This document shows, piece after piece, positions 53,051 through 64,000 of a DNA stretch of 64,000 nt; the first letter of the stretch is position 1; each line of letters opens with the position of its first letter. The notes below the pieces were generated by a model. It was not told the origin of the DNA. It did not search any database and saw only the letters and a list, made by a program, of their open reading frames with translations. Source of the stretch: Octopus sinensis (lineage: Eukaryota); the NCBI RefSeq assembly GCF_006345805.1, contig NC_043003.1, positions 79,112,001 to 79,176,000 of the forward strand, given 5' to 3'. The position numbers and the translations under genes are program-made.

Positions 53051-54033
53051 ATGTACAAAAGAAGCCTTGGAACTGTCTAAATTTCAAAGAGGCCTTTGGG
53101 GGGTGAACCTGAAGGTAGAATAGTCAGTGTAAAACGGCAGAAAACCCTGGGATCCTGCTTTCTACAGTAAATAGAGTGATTGACCTCGCCAGAGAAGCGA
53201 AGGAATCCACATCACCTCACCCAGATCAACCATTGCCCTCTGATAGGACCCTTCACTTTGTTAAGAAAAGTGTGGAGGATAATCCTCGTTGCAAGGCCTC
53301 TAACATAGCAGAACAAGTTGATGTCAGTCCCAGAACAGCTGTCATATATCTCCACAAACTTGGCTACTATGGCAGAGCAGCAAGAAAAAAGCCACTTTTT
53401 CGACCAGCCAATATCAAAAGGGTAAAAGATTGGGCCAGTGAGATGGTGGATAGGCCACTAGTGTTTTGAGACACTGTCATATTCTCTGATGAGTCCAGAT
53501 TTGCTGTATTTCCTGACAGTGGTCGAGTGTGGGTCTGGACACTCTGTGATCAAGAATTTGACTTGAAAAGATTGCAGCCAAAAGTGAAATACGGCTGCAA
53601 TTCTGTGATTGTCTGGGGAGCAATTTGGAGCAATGATCGATCAGAGATGGTGGAGTGTGACGAAAACATAAACTTAGATAAATATGTGTCTATATTGCAG
53701 AAAGGACTCCTTCCAATCCCCTTTGGTTGTGAAATAATTAAAGAAGACTCTTTATTTATATAAGATGGGATCTTTGTCACACAGCTAATATGACCCAAGA
53801 TTGGTTGGAAGAGAATGGCATTAAAAAGCTTCCATAACCAAGCCAGTCACCAGATATGAACCCTATTGAACACCTCTGGGGCATAATGGACAGGACACTG
53901 CATAAAAAGAACGAAATTACTGCATGAAACTTGGTAAGAAATTCCTCAAGAGAATATTTGTCATCTGATCAGTAGCATGCTTAATAGGGTTCTTGCACTG
54001 AAAAATGCAAAGGGCATGTCTACTAAATATTAG
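53051..54033 (+). pseudogene. Tc1-family (DD34E) transposase pseudogene
   Basis: ARKKPL, VIFSDESRF, VIVWGAI, SQSPDMNPIEHLWG, C-terminal AKGMSTKY*; several stops and frameshifts. Confidence 0.92.
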
Positions 54034-55039
54034 ATATTCATATTGTAATAATTAATAAACAATTTGAATGTATAATTCTAGATTTAAATAAATTATAAGG
54101 GTGTCTATTTACTTCTATTATGTGTGTGTTTGTTTATGTAATTGACAATGCTTTAATACAGTAGTATATCTTTCAAGGTACTTCTGATTTATTTTAGTTC
54201 TTTGTTCTTATTTTCTAAGCCTCGAAAAGGTAAGTAGAGAGTGCAATATTGAATTTTGTACCTCCACAAAATTTTAGAGGGTGCAAGGGATGCATTTGTA
54301 CCCCCTGTTACCGGGCCCTTGACTTCCTCTACTGTTTTGACATACAACATATGTAGCTACAGACATTGTTATCATGCCGGTACCATCATTGTTGTGGCCA
54401 GTTAACTATTCGAAAGTCGGTGGGTCGGTAGTGGTGGTAGTATTGGTTGCTTTGGGCTTAGTGTTGGTGGTCTTTTTAAGGAGAACTCCGTCTGATAGTC
54501 ACTTTCTGCCTTTGCTCTGCCTTGACCTCGAAGGTCCTGTGAAATACTCACACTCATGTGTATATATTTGTATATAAACGAATTCATTCATGCATACACA
54601 CACACACATAAATATATTTATCCATATATACATGTGTATGTGCATGCATACATACATAAATACATACATGCATGCATGTATACATACATGTAAAAGCTCC
54701 ACAACGTAAATTATATACAAATAAACAAAATCAACAAACCTATACGAAAATTAAATCTATTAGTTTTATATTATAAATGCTAACCATAGGTTTATTTTTT
54801 CTTACTAACAATCTTAATATCTAAATTACTTACCTCATTCACTGCGTTCCCATTCCTATTAGCTACGAGATCTATATATATTTTTACAGGCAAATATTTT
54901 TTTAAAATGTGGTTAGGAATAAATATATCATCAAATATATCAGCAGTAATCATCAAGCAGTTTAACTAAACCAATCTCTTTTCGTTGGCACAAATCACTG
55001 AGAAAAATATACTTATACGAAGGCAAATATATGTCAGCT

Positions 55040-55416
55040 GTGGAGGCGCAATGGCCCAGTGGTTAGGGCAGTGGTTAGGTTTCGATTCCCAGACCGGGCG
55101 TTGTGAGTGTTTATTGAGCGAAAACACCTAAAGCTCCACGAGGCTACGGCAGGGGATGGTGGTGATCCCTGCTGTACTCTTTCACCACAACTTTCTTTCA
55201 CTCTTACTTCCTGTTTCTGTTGTACCCGTGTTTCAAAGGGCCGACCTTGTCACTCTCTGTGTCACGCTGAACATCCCCGAGAACTACGTTAAGGGTACAC
55301 GTGTCTGTGGAGTGCTCAGCCACTTACACGTTAATTTCACGAGCAGGCTGTTCCGTTGATTCGGATCAACCGGAACCCTCGTCGTCGTAACCGACGGAGT
55401 GCTTCCATCCATCCCA
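55040..55416 (+). mobile_element. SINE family C with 11-bp TSD
   Basis: ATATGTCAGCT on both flanks. Confidence 0.9.
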
Positions 55417-55707
55417 TATGTCAGCTAATAAAGGATTACCGTCACCACCCAAAACAAGGAAGAAAAATACAAGATGATAATCTGTCAAATTAGCTTATAA
55501 TGTGGGCCTTTATAGGCTTGTCTTCTTTACAATTTAGCAGTGTGTCAATAAGCCACACCCATCCTCTGCGGAAAGAAGCATGTGGTCAATAAACCATACC
55601 CGACCTTACAGGGTTAAATATCGTCTCAGCAACAGTAATATATGCGTTGTTAATAATAAAACTATCTCCTTTAATCTACCCTCAATTAGACTACTAAAAC
55701 TATTATA

Positions 55708-56278
55708 CAGTAATGCCGCGATATACGAGTTAATTTGTTCCTGGAGACCGCTTGTAAAACGAAAACTCGTAAAGCAGAGCAATAATTCCCATAGTTGCAA
55801 TATTATAAATCGTAATTCGTTCCTAGAAAAATATTTTACCTATAAAATTCATAATACTTGTAAATAAATGGCAATAAAACAACAGTACAATGTAAAGAAT
55901 ATTCTATGTAATGTAAAAAGAATGTCAAGATCATTTATAATAAAAAAAAATATTATTACCATAGTTGTTTTCTGAATCACTTTCACTCGCACTAGACTCA
56001 CGCACACCATCACTTGTAGACGCGATCGCTGATTCACAAGCACTCGTAGACGGACTTGTAGATTTCTTGTTAAAAAAAAACAAAAAAAAACTTAGAGTTG
56101 TTTGCTTAGAAGAAGCAGTTTTCGCCCTCAATAAATTTCTCGGTAACACGCAAAAGCATTTGTTATGGTAGTAGAAACGTTTGCTCTTCATTCGAAAATT
56201 TGGATCTTGTGTTTGAAAAATAAAACTCGTAAACCAGGGGTCTCGTAAGTCGGGTCTTCGTAAAATGAAGTATTACTG
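55708..56278 (-). mobile_element. Pogo/Tigger-like deletion derivative
   Basis: TA|CAGTAAT...ATTACTG|TA termini, subterminal AAAACTCGTAAA repeats, KQTTLSFF pogo-like C-terminal remnant. Confidence 0.7.
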
Positions 56279-56431
56279 TACCAGCTCTTCGATAAAATGA
56301 AATAAAAAATTCTCATTTTTAATGAAAGCATATTTGTAACACTTAGAAAACATTATATCAATTATTCTAAATAAACACTCTCCTACAGTTTTCCGATCTA
56401 AATTTGTATACAATGTAGAGAAATCAACATT

Positions 56432-58003
56432 GGTGCAGGAGCGGCTGTGTGGTAAGTAGCTTGCCTACCAACCACATGGTCATGGGTTCAGTCCCACTGC
56501 GTGGCACCTTAGGCAAGTGTCTTCTACTATAGCCTCAGGCCGACCAAAGCCTTGTGAGTGGATTTGGTGGACGGAGGCTGGAAGGGGCCCGACATATGTG
56601 AGTGTGTGTGTGTGTGTGTGTGATGTCTCCCCCAACATCGCTTGACAACCGATGCTGGTGTGTTTATGTCCCCGTAACTTAGCAGTTCGGCAATAGAGAC
56701 CGATAGAATAAGTACTAGGCTTACAAAGAATAAGGCTCTAGGGTCGATTTGCTCGACTAAATGCGGTGCTCCAGTATGGCCGCAGTCAAATGACTGAAAC
56801 AAGTAGAAGAATAGAATAAAAGAATAAATCACACATACATTGTTTGAACTACAGTCACCTGTTGGAGCTTATCAAACACCTTCTTCCTGGATCTAATATG
56901 CCAGAATTATTTCACATCCAGATGATAAAAAACAAAAAACAAACAAACCCTCTTTTTACGCTTTTACTCTTTTACTTGTTTCAGTCATTTGACTGCGGCC
57001 ATGCTGGAGCACCGCCTTTAATCGAGCAACTCGACCCCGGGACTTATTCTTTTGTAAGCCCAGTACTTATTCTATCGGGGGTTCTTTTGCCGAACCGCTA
57101 AGTAACGGGGACATAAACACACCAGCATCGGTTGTAAAGCAATGCTAGGGGGACAAACACAGACACACGCATATATATATATATACATATATACGACGGA
57201 CTTCTTTCAGTTTCCATCTACCAAATCCAATCACAAGGCTTTGGTCGGCCCGAGGCTATAGTAGAAAACACTTGCCCAAGGTGCCACGCAGTGAGACTGA
57301 ACCCGGAACCATGTGGTTGGTAAGCAAGCTACTTACCACACAGCCACTCCTGTTTGCAGTCCCTTATAAAGGCTGATCAAATAACATTTAATAAACTATA
57401 AATCAAGACAGATAGCTATTTATAGGTACACTTTCTAGCTTCCGCAATAAACCTACACTTATAGAGGACCTTATGTAATTTTGGAATCAAAAAGAAATTT
57501 AAAAAAACGTTGTCCCTCATTTGCACTGAAACCACTCGACTCTTCCACCCTGGTTAAACTACTCTTACTCCCAGACACAACTATATAAATACAAATATTT
57601 CCGATGTTAAGATTACACACTAAGTAATCATTAAATAGTATTTCTCACAAATAATCGCGACATTCCCATTCCGACTTATCAGTTGGTGTTATATCATGCG
57701 GGGGCACTACCTCGAAAAGTTTTTGCGCAATGAATCAACCGCAGTATTTATTATTTTTAAAGTTTGGTGTGTATTCTCTTACTCTCTTTACTCTCTTTTA
57801 CTTGTTTCAATCATTAGACTGCGGCCATGCTGGAGCACCGCCTTTAATAGAGCAACTCAACCCCGGGACTTATTCTTTTGTAAGCCCCAGTACTTATTCT
57901 ATCGGTCTCTTTTGCCGAACCGCTAAGTAACGGGGACATAAACACACCAGCATCGGTTGTCAAGCGATGTTGGATGGGACAAATACAGACGCACAAACAT
58001 ACA

Positions 58004-58063
<60 letters not shown>

Positions 58064-58226
58064 TACAACGGGCTTCTTTCAGTTTCCGTCTACCAAATCC
58101 ACTCACAAGGCTTTGGTCGGCCCGAGGCTACAGTAGAAGACACTTGCCCAAGGTGTCACGCAGTGGGACTGCCCGGAACCATGTGGTTGGTAAACAAGCT
58201 ACTTACCACACAGCCACTCCTGCGCC
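56432..58226. mobile_element. Three SINE family B copies
   Basis: 56432-56825(+), 56950-57352(-), 57775-58226(-). Confidence 0.9.
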
Positions 58227-58434
58227 ATTCTATCGGTCTAATTTGCTAAATTGTTGCTTAGTGAGTGGGATTGACTCAGTGCACAGCCTTTCCTCACTTT
58301 AAAAAAAAGTCTTCTTGCATCGGCATTGCACGATAACAACATTGATTAAGCTCCGTGCAATGGCCATACTCGATAACGAGGGGGCAGCCACCATGTATGT
58401 ATTATGTATGTATGTATGTATGTATGTATGTATG

Positions 58435-58467
<33 letters not shown>

Positions 58468-58497
58468 TGTATGTATGTATGTATGTATGTATGTATA

Positions 58498-58603
58498 CGA
58501 GGTGGTGGGGCTGAAAAATTCCTGGCTTTAAGAGTGTCACTAAAGGCCTGGTTGCGTGGCCCAACCTTCTGAACAAGGTCACGAACTTTTCAGTACACCC
58601 TCG
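58498..58603. mobile_element. Mariner-like mini-MITE
   Basis: TA|CGAGG..GCTGAAAAATTC / GAACTTTTCAGTACACCCTCG termini. Confidence 0.6.
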
Positions 58604-58610
58604 TGTGTGT

Positions 58611-58650
<40 letters not shown>

Positions 58651-58728
58651 GTGTGTGTGTGTGGTGTGTGTGCGTGCGTGTATGTGTGTGTGCGTGCGCA
58701 CGCACACAACAACAACAACAATAACAAC

Positions 58729-58769
<41 letters not shown>

Positions 58770-58784
58770 CAACAACAACATTAA

Positions 58785-59140
58785 TATGTTCACGAATAGA
58801 AGTAATGGGGAGTATCATAGCCATATGTTGAGAGGAATTCTTAGGGGTTTGGATAATTCACCTTTGGAAACATGGGTGTTTCGTTCAACATCCTTATACA
58901 ACCCTTATTCAGGGACCTTTTGAGCAGGATGGGCTACTCAACCCGAAGAAAATTCTAACTGGGCCCCACAGGCAAGGTCATGCACTGGTTATCTTGATAT
59001 GAGATAACCATGTCGCGCACATATCGTTGTGATGCATGTGCCTGGTGTAGCCTTATCAGACGGGTGGTCATGATGGGTATACTGGGTTTCGTATATTTTA
59101 CCCCAGTGTCACTTTGATGGCATGCATTGCTCTCTCACTC
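58785..59140 (+). mobile_element. Family E retroposon, 5'-truncated
   Basis: 3' ~355 bp of family E after an (AAT/AAC)n run, ending CTCTCTCACTC-AGTAATAAT. Confidence 0.85.
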
Positions 59141-59384
59141 AGTAATAATAGCAATAACATTTGACGAAACAATAGGCCATCCCGTCACAAGATTCCTATG
59201 CTGACACCAAGCGAATATAAATATTACCACGGTAGGGTAGGACAGTACTTACACTGGAAAATATGTAAACGCAACAAAATCAGCACTCTTACTAACATCC
59301 TGAGCCAATCGTTGAAGGTAAAAATGCCACTATCCTCTGGGTTTTTCTAGTCAACACTGACAGGACGATCCAGGCTAATCGACC

Positions 59385-59838
59385 AGATATAATTATTAAA
59401 GACATGGAAGAAAATACTTGTAGACTAATAAATGTAAGTGTCCCACTAATAAAAATATATCTGTCAAGGAATTTGACAAATTAAGGAAATATAAGAACCT
59501 GGAAATTGAAATACAAAAGATGTGACATCTTAAAATGAGAACTGTTCCTGTTATTGTAGGTGCCCGAGGTATGATAAAAAAAGGAGTGTTAGAAACATCT
59601 ATATAAGATCCCAGGAGAACCATGTCTCAGAGAAATTCAAAAGATTGTGCTGACAAGTACTGCCCACATCCTTAGAAAAACCCTATCCATTTAAATGTCT
59701 ATGTTGTATTACATGAAGATATTTGACTACCTCCCCTCCCCAAGCTTTCAGTCATATTGAAACATCTCTTATCCTTCAGTCGCCCCAGGACCCTAGGTGT
59801 GTTCTGGCAAGTGACTGCAACAAAGAGGCAGATTAAAA

Positions 59839-59840
<2 letters not shown>
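59385..59840 (+). pseudogene. R4/Dong-like 3' fragment (RLE plus 3' UTR) ending in (TAA)n
   Basis: RPDIIIK...NISVKEFDKLRKYKNLEIEIQKM*HLKMRTVPVIVGARG; paralog of 2648-3205. Confidence 0.8.
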
Positions 59841-59902
<62 letters not shown>

Positions 59903-60751
59903 GTAACAGGAATTAATAAATCCAGGCAGATATTTATAAAATACGCAGTGTTAGCAATCAGATACCAATAAATGCAAGTAATTCTTCATGTATGACATGT
60001 AAATCCAAATATAGCTTAGAAGAATTCGGCAACAACAATAAGAATGGAGAAAAAGCGCATGATGATTACACCATACATTACTGACGATCGTTTCTCCTGT
60101 GCCAAAATATTTAGATATAGAAAAAAAAGGTACAAAATACCAGTCAAATTAGTATATCTGAAAATATATGCTAACACAACGTTGTCAAGGTGAACTAAGA
60201 AAATAGACGAACGTATACAAAAAAAAAAAATAGAAAAAGAAAAAATTATGAAGACATATGATATTCTATGAAAAGCCAGTTTGGTAGTTAACTTTTATGA
60301 TGTCAGTAGATAACAAAAGAATAAAAAATAAACATGGGAATTTGTTAATTAAAAATAGGAATTCTACGTCACAGCAATTAGTGCTTTGTTAGATATGCTA
60401 AAACATATTTTTAATTATGCATATTAGATTGTATGAAAAGCACTTATAATTAATGAGTTATTTAGTAATGAAATATTGAAATACTTTTTCTATATTTATG
60501 AGGACGTTTCAATGTAAAATTACCTTTACAATTTAATAATACTAATTTAGAAGTAATATAATACAGTTTCTCAAGGCAAAGATCACATTTTAAAATACTA
60601 GTATTGTACAATTATGCGATACTAATAATGGACCACTTTAGATAATAGTTAATCTTTCTGTCTTTTAAATTCCAAATGCACTAATTCATAGAATAACATT
60701 TTCTTCTATACTTAAATGACAGAGAATTATTATGTAGCGGGAACGTTCTCC

Positions 60752-60979
60752 AGGCGGCGAGCAGGCAGAAACGTTAGCACGCCGGGCGAAATGCTTGCTT
60801 GGCAGTTTTTTGTCTGTCTTGCGTTCTGAGTTCAAATTTCGCAGAGGTCGACTTTGCCTTTTATCCTTTCGGGGTCGATAAATTAAGTACCAGTCACGCA
60901 CTAGCGTCGATGTAATCGACCTAATCCCTTTGTCTGTCCTTGCTTGTCCCTTCTATATTTAGCCCCTTGTGGGCAATAA
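60752..60979 (+). mobile_element. SINE family A with 12-bp TSD
   Basis: GGAACGTTCTCC at 60740-60751 and 60980-60991. Confidence 0.9.
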
Positions 60980-61642
60980 GGAACGTTCTCCTCTTATGAC
61001 CTTACATTGATACACTATATTCTTAATTAAACACTGATTTTCTAAAGAACAGATAATTTTGTTTTTGAAATCACAAAGGCATTTATTCACCTGTGTGTGG
61101 TACTCATGGTTAAAGGAATTAATACTAATCCTCCTCTCAGACGTAGATGTTAAGGCAGGATTATTTCAGTATTATAATTAATATTATTACTAGTCGTTAT
61201 TTTAAAGGTATTATCACAGCCGAAATTAATATTACCTAAAGTATCAAAAACTAATTCAGGAAAATCAGCAATTGAGTTAATTCTACAATCCACACTACTG
61301 ATTCTACTCGTACTTACAGATGTATGTACGTACGTACGTATACATGCATGCATGCATGTATGTATGTAGTATGTATGTATGTATGTATGTATGTATGTAT
61401 TATGTATGTATGCATGCATGTATGTTCAGATCGCATAAGACAACTACTGGTAACACGTAATCAATAAAACCAGCCGTATTTTCGAGCCGTCGGTGATTAG
61501 AGAGGCAACCACGCCAATTTTGCTTCGCCAGGAATGTGAATTTGGACTCTATACAGGATGATAAACAAGAGCTATCAAAGGGTAGACGAAATCATGAGAG
61601 TCAATGGCCATGCAATAATGTATATATATATGTGTGTGTGTG

Positions 61643-61673
<31 letters not shown>

Positions 61674-61687
61674 TGTGTGTGTGTGTG

Positions 61688-61922
61688 TGTGGAGGCGCGT
61701 GGCTTTGTGGTTAGCATCATGATCATAAAATTGTGGTTTCGATTCCTGGACCGGGCAACGCGTTGTGTTCTTGAGCAAAACACTTCATTTCACGCTGCTC
61801 CAGTCCACTCAGCTAGCAAAAATGAGTAACGCTGCGATGGACTAACGTCCCGTCCAGCTGAGGAACACATACGCCATTGAAACCGGGCCCATGAGCCTGG
61901 CTAGACTTTAAAAGGGCGCATT

Positions 61923-61925
<3 letters not shown>
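61688..61925 (+). mobile_element. SINE family D (V-domain-like)
   Basis: tRNA-like head, core, CTGCGATGGACTAACGTCCCGTCCAG motif. Confidence 0.8.
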
Positions 61926-61998
<73 letters not shown>

Positions 61999-62199
61999 TA
62001 TATATATATATATATATTATATGCACATTAAATATGCGTGAGTATTTAGAGGAACATACAGAGTGAGTACTGTTTCTCTCAAAGCTTAAATCAACAGTAA
62101 GACCCTCTTGACCGCTTTTGCAAAACTACTAAAGAGAAAAATATCCTGGGAGAAGCCTGATAGACGGTTATTGACAGCGAAAGTTCAAGTTCAGCAGGA

Positions 62200-63190
62200 A
62201 AACCCTCAGCGTGCATGACCCAAAGAACTATGATTACTGAGATTATGTACCAGTCCAGCTTGTAGTTGAACGTACAATACTTTTAGGTAAAACTACTGGT
62301 AACACGTAATCAAGAAACGCTTGCGACCAAAATGTGCAAGCTCATAGCCTGTTTCAATATGATGTACCACTTATACCGGTAGTTCTCAATCAGGGTTCAC
62401 ATGACCTTTGGGTGTCCACGTAAGCTTTTGTTGCTAAAACTTATGTGCAATAAACTGGTTATATTTCTAAAATAAATTGTTTTTTTATACAAGTATTAAT
62501 AATATTTAATTCTAAAAATAGGATTTTTTTAGATATCGAATGGCAATGAGGGTCCAATCAATCAAAGAGGAACCAAAGGAATCCAAAAGTAAAAATTATT
62601 GAGAACCGATGACTTATATAGAGGTTGATCGAATGCATTCATATAGGATCTGGGTGAAAAGAAAGGAGCCTGGAGCTGTGCCGAACTCCTCATCTACAAA
62701 GCTGTCCTTAAAGAGAAACAGCTTCGCCGAAACCTGTATAGCTAGACTATAAAGAAGGCGTTTGAGTATTCCTTGCTCAGAATAGTAAAGTCACTGTCTT
62801 GCTGAGGTTCCGACTGCTATAATCCAAGAGATTAAGAGGCAAACAATATTGTCAACAGAGCTGTCAATAAGAACTAAAGTTACTGCTATAGTCACAAACA
62901 GAACTAAGCTACCAACAGGAATATTTCGAGCTAATAGCTTATCTGTAATACGCTAAGTTCTAGTAACGAACTCCTTATCAACTCTGTTAAGGAAATATAA
63001 AGGTTACTTGTTAAGATCTGCGGATGAAAATCAAATTAATATCAACTCTACCTTTTTTGTTTAAGATAAACTGTACGCGAATCATATTTACAATACCAAG
63101 AGCAAGTTAGATTACAACTTTCTTGGGAGATATAGGAATGAGATTCGATCAGGAGAGTATGAAACGATTTGGTACAGCAGTTTGTCCCTG
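62200..63190 (+). pseudogene. Degenerate R4/Dong-like reverse transcriptase, split by a hAT MITE
   Basis: ERTILL..IACFNMMYHLY, ELLIYKAVLKEKQLRRNL..KKAFE, GIFRANSLSV, FFV*DKLYA, GDIGMRF, collinear with R4 RT motifs. Confidence 0.7.
62377..62611. mobile_element. hAT (Charlie-like) MITE
   Basis: TIRs CGGTAGTTCTCAA / TTGAGAACCGATG; 8-bp TSD ACTTATAC / ACTTATAT. Confidence 0.75.
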
Positions 63191-63414
63191 ACAATTTAAT
63201 ATCAAACGTTTTGTACTCAGAATCTTTTGGTAATGGAAAATTTTGTTCCTGTTCTAGTTAACTAATTTATTACAACTACTAAACTACTCAGCTACTAAAC
63301 ATCGTTTAACTTACTGCTTTCTGACGTTTACGTCGATTGGTTTCAATTAATAAATTGTAATCTCTCTCTTTTTTCTTTTTCTCTCTCTCTTCCTCTTTCT
63401 CTCTCTCTCTCTCT

Positions 63415-63776
63415 TTGTGGTAAGTACCAACTACAAGGTTCCAGATTCAGTCCCACTGCGTGGCACCTTCGGCAAGTGTCTTCTACTATAGCCGCGGGCC
63501 GACCAAAGAATTGTGAATGGATTTGGTAGACGGAAACTGAAAGAAGCCCGTCGTATATGTGTATATATGTGTGTGTGTTTGTGTGTCTGTGTTTGTCCCC
63601 CAACATCGCTTGACAACCGATGCTGGTGTGTTTACGTCCCCGTAACCTAGCGGTTCGGAAAAAGAGACCGATATAATTAGTACTAGGCTTACAAAGAATA
63701 AGTCCTGGGGTTGATTTGCTCGACTAAAGGCGGTGCTCCAGCATGGCCGTAGTCAAATGACTGAAACGAGTAAGAG

Positions 63777-63778
<2 letters not shown>
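63415..63778 (+). mobile_element. SINE family B
   Basis: Matches family consensus. Confidence 0.9.
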
Positions 63779-63830
<52 letters not shown>

Positions 63831-63888
63831 CATGCTTTTATGTGTATATTTCTTTGCGCGAGTGTGTGTGTGCGTGCGTGCGTCTGTG

Positions 63889-63943
<55 letters not shown>

Positions 63944-64000
63944 CTCCCGCGGCAAAAAGTACTGTCGCCCGAACATTCAATGTCCAGTCAGCCGTGGCAA

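Overview
Eukaryotic, AT-rich, microsatellite-saturated DNA. The tRNA-derived SINE families and (TA)n/(TAA)n/(CA)n density suggest a cephalopod, probably Octopus; this is an inference from recalled repeat families, not a database result. No host protein-coding exon is recognisable, and almost all listed ORFs are microsatellite or SINE read-throughs. The window is a nested pile of mobile DNA: four modular SINE families; R4/Dong-like, CR1-like, RTE-like, Rex1-like and Tx1-like LINE remnants; Tc1/mariner pseudogenes; hAT and pogo MITEs; and Helitron-like elements. There is a 100-N gap at 51295-51394. The strongest unexplained signal is a set of ORF-less fold-back (palindromic) elements in TA-rich microsatellites. 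They carry type I hammerhead ribozymes on both strands, with compensatory base changes between diverged copies and a one-sided unpaired tail (Penelope-like pLTR architecture). Two other candidates stand out: a tRNA(CAT)-like cloverleaf caged in nested inverted repeats, and a ~560-bp non-tRNA retroposon found only in (TAA)n arrays beside Dong-like fragments. Coordinates of degenerate elements are approximate.
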